From Nitrospirota bacterium (GTDB lineage: Bacteria; Nitrospirota; UBA9217), in NCBI GenBank assembly GCA_963741205.1, contig CAVUHW010000021.1, positions 1 through 60,142 on the forward strand: a stretch of 60,142 nt of DNA, in the 5' to 3' direction. Positions 10,432 to 22,343 of this stretch are shown piece after piece (the first letter of the stretch is position 1; each line of letters begins with the position of its first letter). The notes under the pieces were generated by a model. It made no database searches. It worked only from the letters and a program-made list of their open reading frames with translations, and had not been told where the DNA came from. Both the position numbers and the translations under genes were made by a program.

Positions 10432-10996
10432 ATGAACAGGTCAATGAAGGAAGTGGGAAGAGTTTTGTTGGTGGTCACGGCGTTTGTTGTTTGGACGTTG
10501 TCCGGGGTCGGGGATGTCAGCGCCGGGCAGACAGCGGGCGGCTTGGAACAACAGATTCAGGGAAAGGTCCTGGCCAGTTCGGAGCAATCTCCACCCACGT
10601 CAGAGCAGGCAAAGCGGATCGAAGCGATGGTCAACAAGGCTGCCACGCTCGTTGAAAGCCAAGGCAAGGCGGCCTTCTCCGAGTTCAGAAAGAGCGATAG
10701 CGAATGGTGGTTCGGGAACACCTATTTGTTCGCGTACGATCAAAACCTGAATGTATTATTGAACCCCGCTTTCCCAAAGCGGGAGGAGGACCAATCCTCG
10801 CGGCCAGAAAGATGCCAACGGCAAGGCATTTCATGATGAGTTTCTGAGGGTGGTTCAAACAAAGGGGTCAGGCTGGGTTGATTACATGTTCCCCAAACCC
10901 GGGCAGACCCAACTGTCCCAGAAATGGAGCTACGTGAAGGCGGTCAACATCGATGGCACACCGGCGATCATCGGCGCGGGTTTTTATCCCGAATAA
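10432..10996 (+). CDS. Periplasmic single Cache-domain protein (frameshifted)
   Basis: Signal peptide; MVNKAA.L...GKAAFSEF, YLFAYD, KDANGK, GWVDYMFPKPG..KWSYVK...GAGFY. Confidence 0.8.
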
Positions 10997-11128
10997 GAGC
11001 GGCGAACCCGCAACAACTCTGTGGGCCTGCAGCGTCAGCAAAGCAACTGCGGAGAATTTCAATTTAAGCTGTCATAAGCTTATTACGATAAAGCCAGGTT
11101 TAATAATAATGAACAAAGGAGGTGGATC

Positions 11129-12173
11129 ATGAACAACGGAATGAATCGCAGGGATTTTATGAAGTATTCCGATCGCAACAGGAGTGCTGATCGCGGCAGG
11201 CGAAAGATTGATAGGAGCGTGCATGGCGGAGGAAGCGGCAAAGGTGACCGAAGTGGACAAACTGACGATCTGGGTGTTGTCAGACAACTATCATGACGCG
11301 AATGAACCGGACACCAAAATCACAAAGCGTTACCGCTCAGTGCCGGGGAAATCGATTCAGCGCGCAACACGGTCTTTCTTTTTATGTCGAGACTGTTATT
11401 GGCGGAAAGACAAGCGCCTGTATGTTCGATTACGGACTTGACCCAGTGGGTGTGATGAACAATATTGCTTTACTGGGGCTTGATATTGGGAAGACAAATG
11501 CCTTCAGTCTGAGCCACGGCCATCACGATCACTATTCGGGTGCGGTCAGTATCCTCAAGCAGAACCAGTCGCGGATCGCCGGGGGGACGCCATTTTATGT
11601 GGGCGAGGAGGCCTTTGCCCGCAGATACCAGCTCCGCCCCGGAGCAACTGAACCTACAGACCTTGGACAACTGAGGAAAGAAGATATCGAAGCTCTTGGG
11701 CTGAAGGTTGTGGAGGCGAAAACCCCAGTTGAAATTGTTCCCGGCGCGTACTTTACCGGAAACATAGAGAGGGTTACCAGCTATGAGAAAGTGCCGGCGA
11801 GTTATCAAATAAAGCGTGGCGAAAAGCTTGAACAGGACGATTTCCGGGTGAGCAGGCTGTCTTCTTTAACGTAAAGGGAAAAGGCCTGGTGGTCCTTTCC
11901 GGTTGTGCGCATTGCGGCATCGTCAATACAGTCAAACAGGCGCAGAAAAGTGCGGGCACAGACAAGGTGCATGCGATAATGGGAGGGTTCCATCTGATCA
12001 ATGCGAAGCCTGAGCTTATTCAGAGTACAGTTGCTGATATCAAGGCGATGAAGCCGGACTATATCGTGCGGACCCATTGTACCGGGTTCAGGGCGATGGT
12101 GGCTTTCAGCAAGGAGATGCCCGAGGCATTCACCCTGAATACCGCCGGAACGAAGTACACCTTTGGCGCGTAG
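11129..12173 (+). CDS. Tat-exported MBL-fold metallohydrolase (frameshifted)
   Basis: MNRRDFMK Tat motif; HGLSFYV, FDYG, SHGHHDH, SGCAHCGIVN, GGFHL, HCTG. Confidence 0.82.
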
Positions 12174-12295
12174 AGATCATCATTCGTCAAGAAGGGAGGT
12201 TTGCGAAGACTGAAATTCGAGAAAAGCTTTTCCGTGATTTCCGCAAATGCGGGGCAGTAATTTATAAACCAGGTAACGATCGAAAGGAGAATAGC

Positions 12296-12668
12296 ATGAA
12301 AAAGTCAGTGTATATCACTCTGGGTGTTCTGGCAGTTTCTCTGGTGTTGGTCTTTGGTGCACGGATGGCAATGGCGCAGGACCTGGCAAAGGTATCGTCG
12401 GATGTCAAAGTATTATTTGAAAATGACCGGGTGCGTGTGCTTGAAGTACAGCATCAGCCGGGCGGGAAAGAGCCGATGCATTCCCATCCGGCATATGTGG
12501 CGTATTCGCTGACCGCCGCCACGGTGAAGGTCACGTTTCCTGACGGCAAGACCGTGGTGAAGGAGCGTAAGGCCGGAGAGGTTACCTGGGGTGAACCCGT
12601 GACGCATGCAGTGGAAAACGTGGGAACTACTGAGTGGCATGATGGTGGTTATTGAATTGAAGAAGTAA
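12296..12668 (+). CDS. Secreted cupin-domain protein, copy 1 (frameshift near 3' end)
   Basis: KVLFENDRVRVLEV...PG.KEPMHSHP...HAVENVGTTE. Confidence 0.85.
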
Positions 12669-12826
12669 TGGCACAACAAGAAGCAATAGCAGGCGGGTTA
12701 CCCGCCGTTAACTAGTGCCCCAGAGAGGGAAAATAAGGACATCCGGTTCTTTGGAGAATAAATTTAAAAGAAGAGAGATGTGTCCCTAATTCAAGCGTCA
12801 AGGCAAGAGGAGGGAGGTGAAGGGAG

Positions 12827-13072
12827 ATGGAAGAAGTCATCACGGAAACAACAAGAACGGTAAAGAACACGCCATCAGGCGCAAGACAAGCTGAAGAAGA
12901 CAATGACCAGGAAATGCACGAATGCCTTGCCCGTCTGAAGGTGTGGCGAATTGAAAACCTCATGTCACCGACCGGCATGGACAGGTTCGCACAGGATATC
13001 AGGACGAGGGGGACTAACATTGAAGGGAGGTTGACGCATCGGGAGATTGTCCTCATCACCCACCCAGTGTAG
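12827..13072 (+). CDS. Hypothetical protein
   Basis: 81-aa ORF with strong GGAGG/GGGAG RBS; no motif recognised. Confidence 0.4.
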   Translation: MEEVITETTRTVKNTPSGARQAEEDNDQEMHECLARLKVWRIENLMSPTGMDRFAQDIRTRGTNIEGRLTHREIVLITHPV

Positions 13073-13248
13073 TGCGTCATAAATCCTTTTACCTTGGTTG
13101 TCATTGAAAGTCAGTCTGAAGAGAATAGAGATATCATTCGTCAAGAAGGGAGGTTTGCGAAGACTGAATTCGAGAAAAGCTTTTCCGTGATTTCCGCATA
13201 TGCGGGGCAGTAATTTATAAACCATGAAACGATCGAAAGGAGAATAGC

Positions 13249-13620
13249 ATGAAAAAGTCAGTGTATATCACTCTGGGTGTTCTGGCAGTTTCTCTGGTTT
13301 TGATTTTTAGTATGCGTACGGCAATGGCACAGGACCTGGCAAAGGTGTCGCCGGATGCCAAAGTATTATTTGAAAATGACCGGGTGCGTGTGCTTGAAGT
13401 ACGGCATGAGCCGGGCGGAAAAGAGCCGATGCATACTCATCCGGCATATGTGGCATATTCATTTACCAACTCCACGGCGAAGACCACGTTTCCTGACGGC
13501 AAGACCGTGGTGAAGGACCGTAAGGCCGGAGACGCCACCTGGGGTGAACCCGTGACGCATTCAGTGGAAAACGTGGGAACTACTGAGTTTCATATGGTGG
13601 TTATTGAATTGAAGAAGTAA
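13249..13620 (+). CDS. Secreted cupin-domain protein, copy 2
   Basis: Close paralog of copy 1, sharing its ~120-bp upstream leader; hairpin at ~13628-13666. Confidence 0.88.
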   Translation: MKKSVYITLGVLAVSLVLIFSMRTAMAQDLAKVSPDAKVLFENDRVRVLEVRHEPGGKEPMHTHPAYVAYSFTNSTAKTTFPDGKTVVKDRKAGDATWGEPVTHSVENVGTTEFHMVVIELKK

Positions 13621-13799
13621 AGCATGCATGGGCGGCGTCTCTCCGCAGCAAGGGACGCCGCCCATCAATTTAGAGTTTTGTAGGTCGGATAGAGCAGCGC
13701 GAATGGGCAAATGACCAACCAGCCGTCGAGAGGATCGCTGAGATACGCGCCCCACACGGTGGTGTTAGCCATCACACAAAGAAGGAGGAAGTTCGTATA

Positions 13800-14260
13800 G
13801 TTTAAGATTGCATTAATTGCAGCGGGCCTGTTGTTCGGTTGCTAGACAATGGCGTCTTCCGTACGCAAGAAGAGACCGAATTGTGAGCAGCGGAATCAAG
13901 ACTGGATTGACGGTATGAGAGTTACATCTCGAGCGCGTCGTGGCTCTCTATGACCCTGAGGCAGTGTTATGGGGCACTCGATCGCCCACGCTTCGGGATA
14001 ACTGAGCGGCAGTCAGCTGAATAGTCTTCAACATACCTTGGCACAGCTCCGTTATCGTACAGGCTGTTCTTGGTGAATTGACTATTCGCATTTAGGCGAG
14101 AGATGACGATCAACGCGAGGACCTACACATATCCGAGGTCCGCGATGGCAAAGAGATCATTCGATCGGCGCTGGTTGAGTTTTGTCTATCGAAAGCTCGC
14201 AGATGGGCATTGAGCTAATTGTCGACCACCACTCGTCGGCGAGGTGCCCGAGGCACCAAA
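13800..14260 (+). pseudogene. Degraded or error-rich NTF2/SnoaL-like (SgcJ/EcaC, DUF4440-type) gene
   Basis: Readable fragment ERVVALYDPEAVLWGTRSPTLRDN; surrounding frames broken; limits approximate. Confidence 0.45.
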
Positions 14261-14680
14261 ACCGTGATGAGATAACCGGTTGTTCAACGTGGACGCGGAC
14301 TGCACAAGCTCCGCGTTCACGCGATGCGCACCGATGATAGGATTTGGGGTCAGGCGGTCTTCGGCGGCTCATTTTTAAATCATTTCTGGCTCATCTGCGC
14401 CTGCATGCAGGTCTGGCGCGATGCGCCGGCCGAGGATGAGAGCAAAGCTCAATTCAGATCGGGGTGCTCGAAAAAGAGGGCGCTGTGACGCTTGACGGGT
14501 TCGTCGTCAATACCGCTTTCGCGGTAAACCAACGTTATACCGATGAGACGCAAAGGATCTTATTCCCCCGCAGACTAAGCCGAAAATCGGAGATCGACTT
14601 TACGGAGAAGTGGCGGCGCGGAGACCGGTTGGGGCCTGGAAAACTGGAATAAGTCCTTCGAGAACGAAAAGATACCGGGG

Positions 14681-15121
14681 ATGAAGTATCTCTGGGAAGG
14701 ACCCAAAACACCACAGCATACAAGAATGATGATCGTTGTGGACTACGAAATCCATGAATATCTGTTGTTTTTTGTTATGGAAGAAAGCGAAGAATCCTTC
14801 TTTGAATTACCGGACGAAAGCCTCAGTAAAGAGCGGGATAATCCCCCACTCCCCAAAGCTTCGGATTTCCCTCCAGGGACAGCGTTTGTTATCAATGAAT
14901 TCGATGTGCCCCTGGTTTCCGTTCCGGACACAGCCAAAGGCAGTTCCGAAGTTAGCTGGTTCAACTGGTATGGCGGCTTTCCCCGGCCATATGACCCATC
15001 GCACCTCAAACCAGGCGACGCTTTGGACGCTGATTCATTTGAAGAATGGGTCGGAATCGTTGAGGCCTCTCTCAAGAGGACATCCGCTAACGGGCTGCGG
15101 ACACCCCGGCGTCTGCGATGA
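14681..15121 (+). CDS. Hypothetical protein (true start may be ~14777)
   Basis: Protein-like composition (PKASDFPPGTAFVINEFDVPL..WFNWYGG); no family recognised. Confidence 0.5.
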   Translation: MKYLWEGPKTPQHTRMMIVVDYEIHEYLLFFVMEESEESFFELPDESLSKERDNPPLPKASDFPPGTAFVINEFDVPLVSVPDTAKGSSEVSWFNWYGGFPRPYDPSHLKPGDALDADSFEEWVGIVEASLKRTSANGLRTPRRLR

Positions 15122-15253
15122 GTAAGCTCATTGAATGAAAAGCGGTATCGCAAAGGCAGCAGTGCATCGGGTCATCGAGCTTGGCCCGGCGCATTGCTGC
15201 ACTTCTAAATATCTTCTTTTCTTTTCATCACCACTCATGCTATCATTCCCGCC

Positions 15254-16498
15254 ATGCCAGAACCGAAAATCTCCCGTCTCCCCTTCCACTACGCCTGGGT
15301 GATCGTCGCGACCGGCATGCTCTCGATCGTGGCCTGCCTCGGTTTCGGACGCTTCGCCCTGGGCATGCTGCTGCCCTCGATGGCTGCGACGCTCAAGCTC
15401 TCCTATTCACAAATCGGCTTCATCAGCACCGGAAACTTCATCGGTTATCTCGCTGCCGTTCTCGTCTGCGGCCATATCGCGGGAAAGATCGGTTCGCGGC
15501 GGCTGATCGTGATTGCGCTCGTCGTCATCGGGGCTTCGATGGCCCTCATCAGCCGGGCGGGGGGCTTCACCTCGATCCTGGTCCTTTATTTCATCACCGG
15601 CATGGGGAGCGGGGCGGCGAACGTGCCGGTCATGGGACTCATTACCGCATGGTTCGACCGCACCATCAGGGGCAGGGCCGCCGGATTTGTGGTCATCGGC
15701 AGCGGTTTTGCAATCATCATCTCGGGCAAACTTATCCCTTATGTAAACAGGCTTATCGGACCCGAAGGCTGGCGGACGAGCTGGCTGATCCTGGCAGGTA
15801 TCGTGACCGCCATAGCGGTTGTCGGCCTTCTCTTCCTCCGGAACAAACCCGAGGACAAGGGGCTAAAACCCCTGGGCAGCGAAGACCGGGACGTCGCATG
15901 GGTCCCGCGGTCAGGCCCCGCTCCGCATATAAGCATTTACAAAAACAAGACCCTCTATCTTCTCGGCATAATCTACTTTCTCTTCGGTTACACCTACGTA
16001 ATCTACGCGACCTTCATCGTCACGACGCTGGTCAAGGAGAGAGGATTTTCGGAGACTATCGCGGGAAACTTCTGGTCCTGGGTCGGGTTTCTGAGCCTCT
16101 TTTCAGGGCCGGTCTTCGGTACTCTTTCGGATCGTCTCGGCAGGAAGGCCGGGCTTATGATCGTGTTCTTTTTCCAGATGCTCGCGTACCTCCTGGTGGC
16201 TGCCGACCTGCCGCCTGCGTTTCTATATCTCTCCATCGTCTTTTACGGCATTGTCGCCTGGTCCATACCTTCCATCATGGTCGCGGCAGTGAGCGAATAT
16301 GTGGGCATTGACAGGGCGCTCGCGGCCTTCGGATTCATCACCTTCATCTTCGGGCTCGGCCAGATCACGGGCCCCTCCGTTGCCGGCGTCCTGGCCGAAA
16401 AGACCGGCGGATTCTCCTCCAGCTTTTTCATGGCAGCGGTATTTGCCGGTCTGGCCATCTTTCTTTCCGGTTTTCTGAAAAAACCGCACTCAACGTAG
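15254..16498 (+). CDS. MFS transporter (YbfB/YjiJ-like)
   Basis: About 12 hydrophobic segments; GFGRFALGMLLPSM, GTLSDRLGRK. Confidence 0.9.
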   Translation: MPEPKISRLPFHYAWVIVATGMLSIVACLGFGRFALGMLLPSMAATLKLSYSQIGFISTGNFIGYLAAVLVCGHIAGKIGSRRLIVIALVVIGASMALISRAGGFTSILVLYFITGMGSGAANVPVMGLITAWFDRTIRGRAAGFVVIGSGFAIIISGKLIPYVNRLIGPEGWRTSWLILAGIVTAIAVVGLLFLRNKPEDKGLKPLGSEDRDVAWVPRSGPAPHISIYKNKTLYLLGIIYFLFGYTYVIYATFIVTTLVKERGFSETIAGNFWSWVGFLSLFSGPVFGTLSDRLGRKAGLMIVFFFQMLAYLLVAADLPPAFLYLSIVFYGIVAWSIPSIMVAAVSEYVGIDRALAAFGFITFIFGLGQITGPSVAGVLAEKTGGFSSSFFMAAVFAGLAIFLSGFLKKPHST

Positions 16499-16684
16499 TC
16501 CCGCTTATAATCCAATCAATGTCAGACCCCGGATTGCTCCCCGAGAGTTCTAAAATCATACCTGCTATGCTTGTGCTCTCGTAAAAAGTCTCGTATATCC
16601 TGCTACCAAGGGATTATTGTACACCTGTTATCGAAGGGTTAACATATAAGCAAAGGGAAGTCCGCTGTAAAGAGCGGGTGAATT

Positions 16685-17878
16685 ATGTGGCATGAAAACA
16701 TAATGATCAAATTGACCAGAAGATCAGGAAAACGGGGAGTTGTACTGACGAAGCTGGTTCTCGTTGTAATGAGCGCGGGCCTGCTGATTCTTCTTTCGGG
16801 TGGTCAAGTCCTGGCCCAGGAAAGCGGCGAGCGGTTTACGAGGATAGACCTTGTTTCTAACGTTTTCGGCTGGGCCAAGTTTTCGGACTCAAACCTTGTG
16901 AACCCGTGGGGTATCGCAAGTCCGCCTGATGGCGGCCCATGGTGGGTTGCAGACGAGGGAAAGGGGCGCGTAACGGTGTATAGCGGTAAAGGGGCTCCGC
17001 TGCCCGGTCTGTCGCCGCTTGCGGTCACTATCCCGGTTAATCCCGGCGGCGTGAATGATGATTCAACTCCGACAGGCGTTGTTTTTAACGGCAGCGGGGG
17101 CTTCGAGCTTGCTCCGGATGTTCCGAGCATGTTCATCTTCGTGACCAGGGACGGCACCATCGCCGGCTGGAGCAGTGATATTGACCGCACCAGTGCAGTA
17201 CCCGTTGCTGACAACTCACCTGAGGCGGTTTACACCGGAGCGACCATCGCTGATCTGGAGGGAAAGAACGCCCTTTACGTCGCGAACTTCCGGCAAGGTC
17301 GGATAGAGGTTTATGACACGGACTTCAGCCCCATTCTCATGAGCAAATTTGCCTTTGTCGACCCCCTTCTTCCGAACGGCTATTCCCCGTACAATATCCA
17401 GAACATCAACGGGGAACTCTATGTGACCTTTGCGGAACCCCGTGCTGACGGCAGGGACGCCGCTCCCGGAGAGGGTTCCGGGTACGTTGACATCTTTGAT
17501 ACAGAAGGGAACCTCATCCTCCGGCTGGAGCACGGACCATGGATGAACGCGCCCTGGGCCGTTACGCTCGCGCCGGCAGGCTTTGGAGACCTCGGTAATC
17601 ATCTGTTTGTGGGAAACTCGGGAAACGGCCGGATAGCGCTATTCGATCCCGGAACAGGATCATATGAAGGAGATATGATGGACGCCGGGGGCTCGGCACT
17701 CACCATTCCCGCTCTCCACGGCCTGGGTTTCGGCAACAACGGGCTTGCGGGACCGGCAACGGCGCTCTACTTTACCTCGGGCAGTGAAGAGAAGGAAGAT
17801 AATGTTTTCGGCGCAATTATTCCCGCCGCCCTGCTCCAACAGCCCGACTTAGTCATGGAACTCCCCGTGCTCCGCTGA
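16685..17878 (+). CDS. TIGR03118-family secreted beta-propeller protein
   Basis: DSNLVNPWGI, WVAD.G, PTGVVFN, FIFVT.DGTI.GW, LYVANF, NAPWAV..AP..FG, LYFTSG. Confidence 0.82.
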   Translation: MWHENIMIKLTRRSGKRGVVLTKLVLVVMSAGLLILLSGGQVLAQESGERFTRIDLVSNVFGWAKFSDSNLVNPWGIASPPDGGPWWVADEGKGRVTVYSGKGAPLPGLSPLAVTIPVNPGGVNDDSTPTGVVFNGSGGFELAPDVPSMFIFVTRDGTIAGWSSDIDRTSAVPVADNSPEAVYTGATIADLEGKNALYVANFRQGRIEVYDTDFSPILMSKFAFVDPLLPNGYSPYNIQNINGELYVTFAEPRADGRDAAPGEGSGYVDIFDTEGNLILRLEHGPWMNAPWAVTLAPAGFGDLGNHLFVGNSGNGRIALFDPGTGSYEGDMMDAGGSALTIPALHGLGFGNNGLAGPATALYFTSGSEEKEDNVFGAIIPAALLQQPDLVMELPVLR

Positions 17879-17979
17879 ACGTCCCATCTCGGTCAAGGTT
17901 CGATCGTCCTTTTTTCGTTTGACAGGCAGGCGGGGCGGCGCTAAACTTGGGTTGTACCGTTCAAACCAAGGAGGACCCC

Positions 17980-18441
17980 ATGCAGCTCAAGACGATCCTG
18001 TTTCCAACTGACTTCTCCCAGGGCGCCCGCGCCGCCATGGACCACGCCATGTCGCTGGCAACGGATTATCAGGCCAAGCTTATCCTGCTCTACGTCATCC
18101 AGGACATCAGCATCGCGGAATGGTATATCCCCTCAACGCTTTCCGTGACCGACATCGTTGAGGACATGCAGAAGAGCGCCTGGAAGGAAATGGACAAATG
18201 GGGGGCCGAGGCGCAGGCGTCGGTCAAGGACGTCGAGAAGATGGTCGAGCGCGGTGTGCCCTTCGTCGAGATTATCAAGACGGCGAAAAACAAGAATGCC
18301 GATATGATTGTTATCGGCACGCACGGCAGGACGGGCATCGATCACATGCTCTTCGGGAGTACGGCGGAAAAGGTGGTCCGCAAGGCCCCCTGTCCCGTGC
18401 TCGCGGTGCGGATAGCGGGGAAGGAATTTAAAATGCCGTGA
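17980..18441 (+). CDS. Universal stress protein (Usp)
   Basis: ILFPTDFS, DMIVIGTHGRTG, FGSTAEKVVRKAPCPVL. Confidence 0.93.
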   Translation: MQLKTILFPTDFSQGARAAMDHAMSLATDYQAKLILLYVIQDISIAEWYIPSTLSVTDIVEDMQKSAWKEMDKWGAEAQASVKDVEKMVERGVPFVEIIKTAKNKNADMIVIGTHGRTGIDHMLFGSTAEKVVRKAPCPVLAVRIAGKEFKMP

Positions 18442-18458
18442 GACCCCGCAGGACGGGG

Positions 18459-18585
18459 AAATTTCCAAGCACCAAATAACAAATCCCAAATAATGTCCAA
18501 ATCACAAATTCAAATGGCGGAAACGTTTTGAATTTGGACGTCGGTATTGGGATTTATTTGGGATTTGATGTTTGCGATTTGAAAT
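18459..18585. repeat. Palindromic element built from ~7-bp units (CAAAT../..ATTTG)
   Basis: CAAATAA CAAATCC CAAATAA...mirrored by TTTGAA TTTGGA..GGGATTT ATTTG GGATTTG. Confidence 0.7.
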
Positions 18586-18620
18586 ATGAAAGAAGGCAGG
18601 CTTGCGCCTGCCTTTTGTAT

Positions 18621-19046
18621 TTATTGTCCCAAGAGCGTCGTGAAGGTGTCGTGATGGCCTTCTTCCTGCGAGAGGATCTCTTCGAAGAGAAGCCGCGTGG
18701 TCTCATCCCCCTCCGAGGCGGCCTGCTTGATGATGTCCTTGTAAAGCGCGATGGCCTCTTCCTCGGCCTTGGTGTCCGCTTTCAGCATCTGGGTCGGGTC
18801 GCCGCCGGTGACGATGGGGTTCGGCTTGGTGGTTGGGTTGACGTCGAAATAAAACAGCCGCTCCGCGATCTTTTCCGCGTGCTTCATTTCATCGATCGAC
18901 ACTTTTTCGAAAACCCCCCCAAGCGATTCCGCGTGCATCCCCTTGACCATAACATGGTGCCACATGTACTGGACGATCGCCTGGAGTTCCCCGGCAATCG
19001 CCTGGTTCATCATTTCCGTCAACTTCGGACTCGCTTTCTGTACCAT
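18621..19046 (-). CDS. Bacterioferritin/ferritin-like diiron protein
   Basis: ELQAIVQY, DEMKHAEKIAERL, EEEAIALY, EEGHHD ferroxidase ligands; RBS GGAGG. Confidence 0.88.
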   Translation of the reverse strand: MVQKASPKLTEMMNQAIAGELQAIVQYMWHHVMVKGMHAESLGGVFEKVSIDEMKHAEKIAERLFYFDVNPTTKPNPIVTGGDPTQMLKADTKAEEEAIALYKDIIKQAASEGDETTRLLFEEILSQEEGHHDTFTTLLGQ

Positions 19047-19243
19047 ATGTCCCGCCTCCTTCGCGCTGGTGAATTGTGTATGCGGCTGTGGGTCTTTCCG
19101 ACGCAGTGGCCATAAGCATAGCATAGAACATCCCTGTTTTCAACCAAGGCGGCAATTCATGGCAAATTCCTGTTGCCTTAAGCGGCCTCTTGAAATATAA
19201 TGTCGCGGACATTCAATCAAGGTTTTAAGGAGCGCCGACGCAA

Positions 19244-21188
19244 ATGGGCAAGAATCTCGTTTACAAAATATTGGAATCCCACCTGGTCGCGGGCGCGCTT
19301 ACGCCCGGCACGGAGATTGCGATCAGGATCGACCAGACCCTGACGCAGGACGCCACCGGCACCATGGCCTATCTCCAGTTCGAGGCCATGGGCGTGCCGC
19401 GGGTCAGGACCGAGCTGTCGGTAAGCTACGTCGACCACAACACGCTCCAGGACGGCTTCGAGAATGCCGACGACCACCGGTACCTCATGACCGTGGCCGC
19501 GAAGTACGGCATCCACTATTCGAAAGCAGGCAACGGCATCTGCCACCAGGTCCACCTGGAGCGCTTCGGCAGGCCGGGCAAGACGCTGCTCGGGTCCGAC
19601 TCGCATACGCCCACGGGCGGCGGGCATCGGCATGATCGCCATCGGCGCGGGCGGGCTCGACGTGGCCGTTGCCATGGGCGGCGGTCCCTTCTACCTCACC
19701 TGTCCCAAGGTCGTGAAGGTGAACCTCTCCGGAAGGCTCAGGCCCTGGGTCTCGGCCAAGGACGTGATCCTCGCGGTCCTCAAGACTCCTCACGACCAAG
19801 GGCAATGTCGGGACGGTCATCGAGTACGGCGGAGACGGCGTCAAGACCCTCTCGGTGCCCGAGCGGGCCACGATCACGAACATGGGCGCCGAGCTCGGCG
19901 TGACCACCTCGGTCTTCCCGAGCGATGAGATCACGCAGGCGTTCCTCAAGGCGCAGAAGCGCGAGTCCGACTGGACGGCGCTCGCAGCCGACGCTGATGC
20001 GAAGTATGACCGGGTCATCGAGCTCGACCTCGGCGCCGTCGAGCCGCTCATGGCCAAGCCGCATTCTCCGGACAACATCGGGACGGTAAAGGAACTGGCG
20101 GGAACGAAGGTCGACCAGGTCATGGTCGGCTCCTGCACGAACTCGTCCTACCGCGACCTGATGATCGTCGCCTCGATGCTGAAAGGCAAGACGGGTGTTC
20201 CCGGACGTGAGCTTCGGCGTGGCGCCCGGCTCGCGCCAGGTGCTCGAGATGATCGCGAAGAACGGCGCGCTGGCCGACATCATCGCCGCCGGCGCGCGCG
20301 TCCTCGAATCCACCTGCGGGTTCTGCATCGGCGCGGGCCAGGCCCCGAAGACCGACGCCGTCTCCGTCCGCACGAGCAACCGCAACTTCGAGGGCCGCTC
20401 AGGCACTAAGAGCGCGAAGGTCTATCTCGCGAGCCCCGAGTCGGCCGTGCCGCGGCCCTGACCGGCGGGATCATGGACCCCCGCGACCTCGGAATCCCCT
20501 ATCCCGAGATCGAGATGCCCGAGCAGTTCTGGATCGACGACACGATGATCCTGCCGCCGGCCAAGGACCCGCTGTCCGTCACGATCTACCGCGGCCCGAA
20601 CATCGGCGATCCACCGGCAGCGGAGCCGCTTCCCGGAGACCATCAGAGGTGTCGTCGCCATCAAGGTCGGCGACAAGATCACCACTGACCACATCATGCC
20701 CGCGGGATCGAGATTAAAATACCGCTCGAACATCCCGAAGTACGCCGAGTTCGTGTTCGAGGGCGTGGATGCGGCGTTCTCGAAGAAGGCGCTCGAGAAC
20801 AAGAAGGCGGGTGTCCACAATATCATTATCGCAGGCGCGAGCTACGGCCAGGGTTCGAGCCGGGAGCATGCCGCCATCTGCCCCATGTACCTGGGCGTCA
20901 AGGCCGTGATCGCCAAATCCTTCGAGCGCATCCACGCTGCGAACCTGATCAATTTCGGCATCCTGCCGCTCACGTTCGCGAACGAGGCTGACTATGATTC
21001 CATCGGGGCAAGCGACAAGGTCGAGATCGGGGACATCAAGGCGGCGCTTTCGAGCGGGCGCGGATTTGAAGCTCAAGAACACTACGAACGGAAAGTCCGC
21101 TACGCTCAAGTATTCACTGAGCACGAGGCAGCGGGATATTCTTCTGGCGGGCGGGATGCTTAATTATACGAGGTCGCAGAGCAAGTAA
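19244..21188 (+). CDS. acnA: Aconitate hydratase (frameshifted)
   Basis: DQTLTQDATGTMAYLQF, GNGICHQVH, GSDSHT, GSCTNSS, CGFCIG, NRNFEGR, TTDHI, YGQGSSREHAA. Confidence 0.9.
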
Positions 21189-21315
21189 TGGCATGACGGA
21201 ATTTTGTCGAAGTAAAAACAATGGCCGCGCTCAAACGAGCGCGGCTTTATTGTTTCACCTGGCCTATTCCTCGGTCAGTTGAGGTGGGAGTCACTGCAGG
21301 GACAAGGCAGGCACA

Positions 21316-22343
21316 TTAGAGCCTCACATTCCGGAGATACTTCGCTGCTTCTTCCGGCGGCGTGGGATTGATATAGAAGCCGGAGCCCCTCTCGAATCCC
21401 TCGACCCGGGTAAGCCGCGGCATGATCTCGAGATGCCAGTGGAAGTCGTCGTTCAGCGTGTGCCAGTGGCCGCGGCGAGGAACGCGGTTCGGCGCCGTAT
21501 AGAGCGTATAGTTGTACGGCGGGTTTTTCAGCACCATTGCCGAGCCGCTGGAGCGTGTGCCGGAGCGTCCTGGCGAAGTCCATGATCTCTTCCTTGGTCA
21601 CATCGACATAGGAGCAGAGGTGCTTCTTCGGATAGATCCAGGTCTCAAAGGGAAAACGCGGCGCAAAGGGCACCATGACGAGGAAGTGGCGCGTTTCTTC
21701 GACGACCCGCTCCGGGCTCGAGAGTTCCTGCCGGATGATATCGCAGAAGATGCAGCGCTCCTTGTAATCGAAGTACGCCTTGGCGCCGTCTAGCTTTTCC
21801 TTCACGAGCTTGGGGATGACCGGCGTGGCGATGAGCTGGGAATGGGGATGGTTCAGGGCGGAGCCCGCGGTCCAGCCCTGGTTCTTGAACACAAGCACAT
21901 ACCGGAGCCGGCTGTCGCGCTCCAGGTCCAGGATGCGGTCGCGGTAGGACCAGAGCACCTTTTCGACCTGGCTCTCGGGAAGGTCTTCGAGCCGGAGGGC
22001 GTGCTCCGGGCTCTCGACGATGATCTCGTGGGCGCCGATGCCGTTCATCCAGTCGTAGATGCCGCTGCCCTCGCGCTCGAGATTGCCTTCGATGTGCAGC
22101 ACCGGATACTTGCTCGGGATGACGCGCACCCACCAGCCCGGCGTGTTCGGCAGGGTCTTTTCGGGCCGGAACGACGCGATCTCCGGCGGGGTCTTTGTCT
22201 CATTGCCGCCGCAGAAGGGGCACTCGGCCGGTGTTACGTCATCTTCTGTCTTCTTCAAAGGTGTAGTCTTCGGGTTTTTTCGGACGCTCGGTGTTAACGA
22301 TGATCCACCGGCCGACGATGGGGTCCTTGCGCAGACGTGACAT
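21316..22343 (-). CDS. galT: Galactose-1-phosphate uridylyltransferase (frameshifted)
   Basis: LRKDPIVGRWII, CPFC.GNE, GAHEIIVESP.H, HPHSQL, CIFCD, FHWHLEIMPR. Confidence 0.9.

Noticed and set aside
14260-14680. Short ORFs in an error-rich stretch
   Set aside because: No consistent frame, RBS or family motif.
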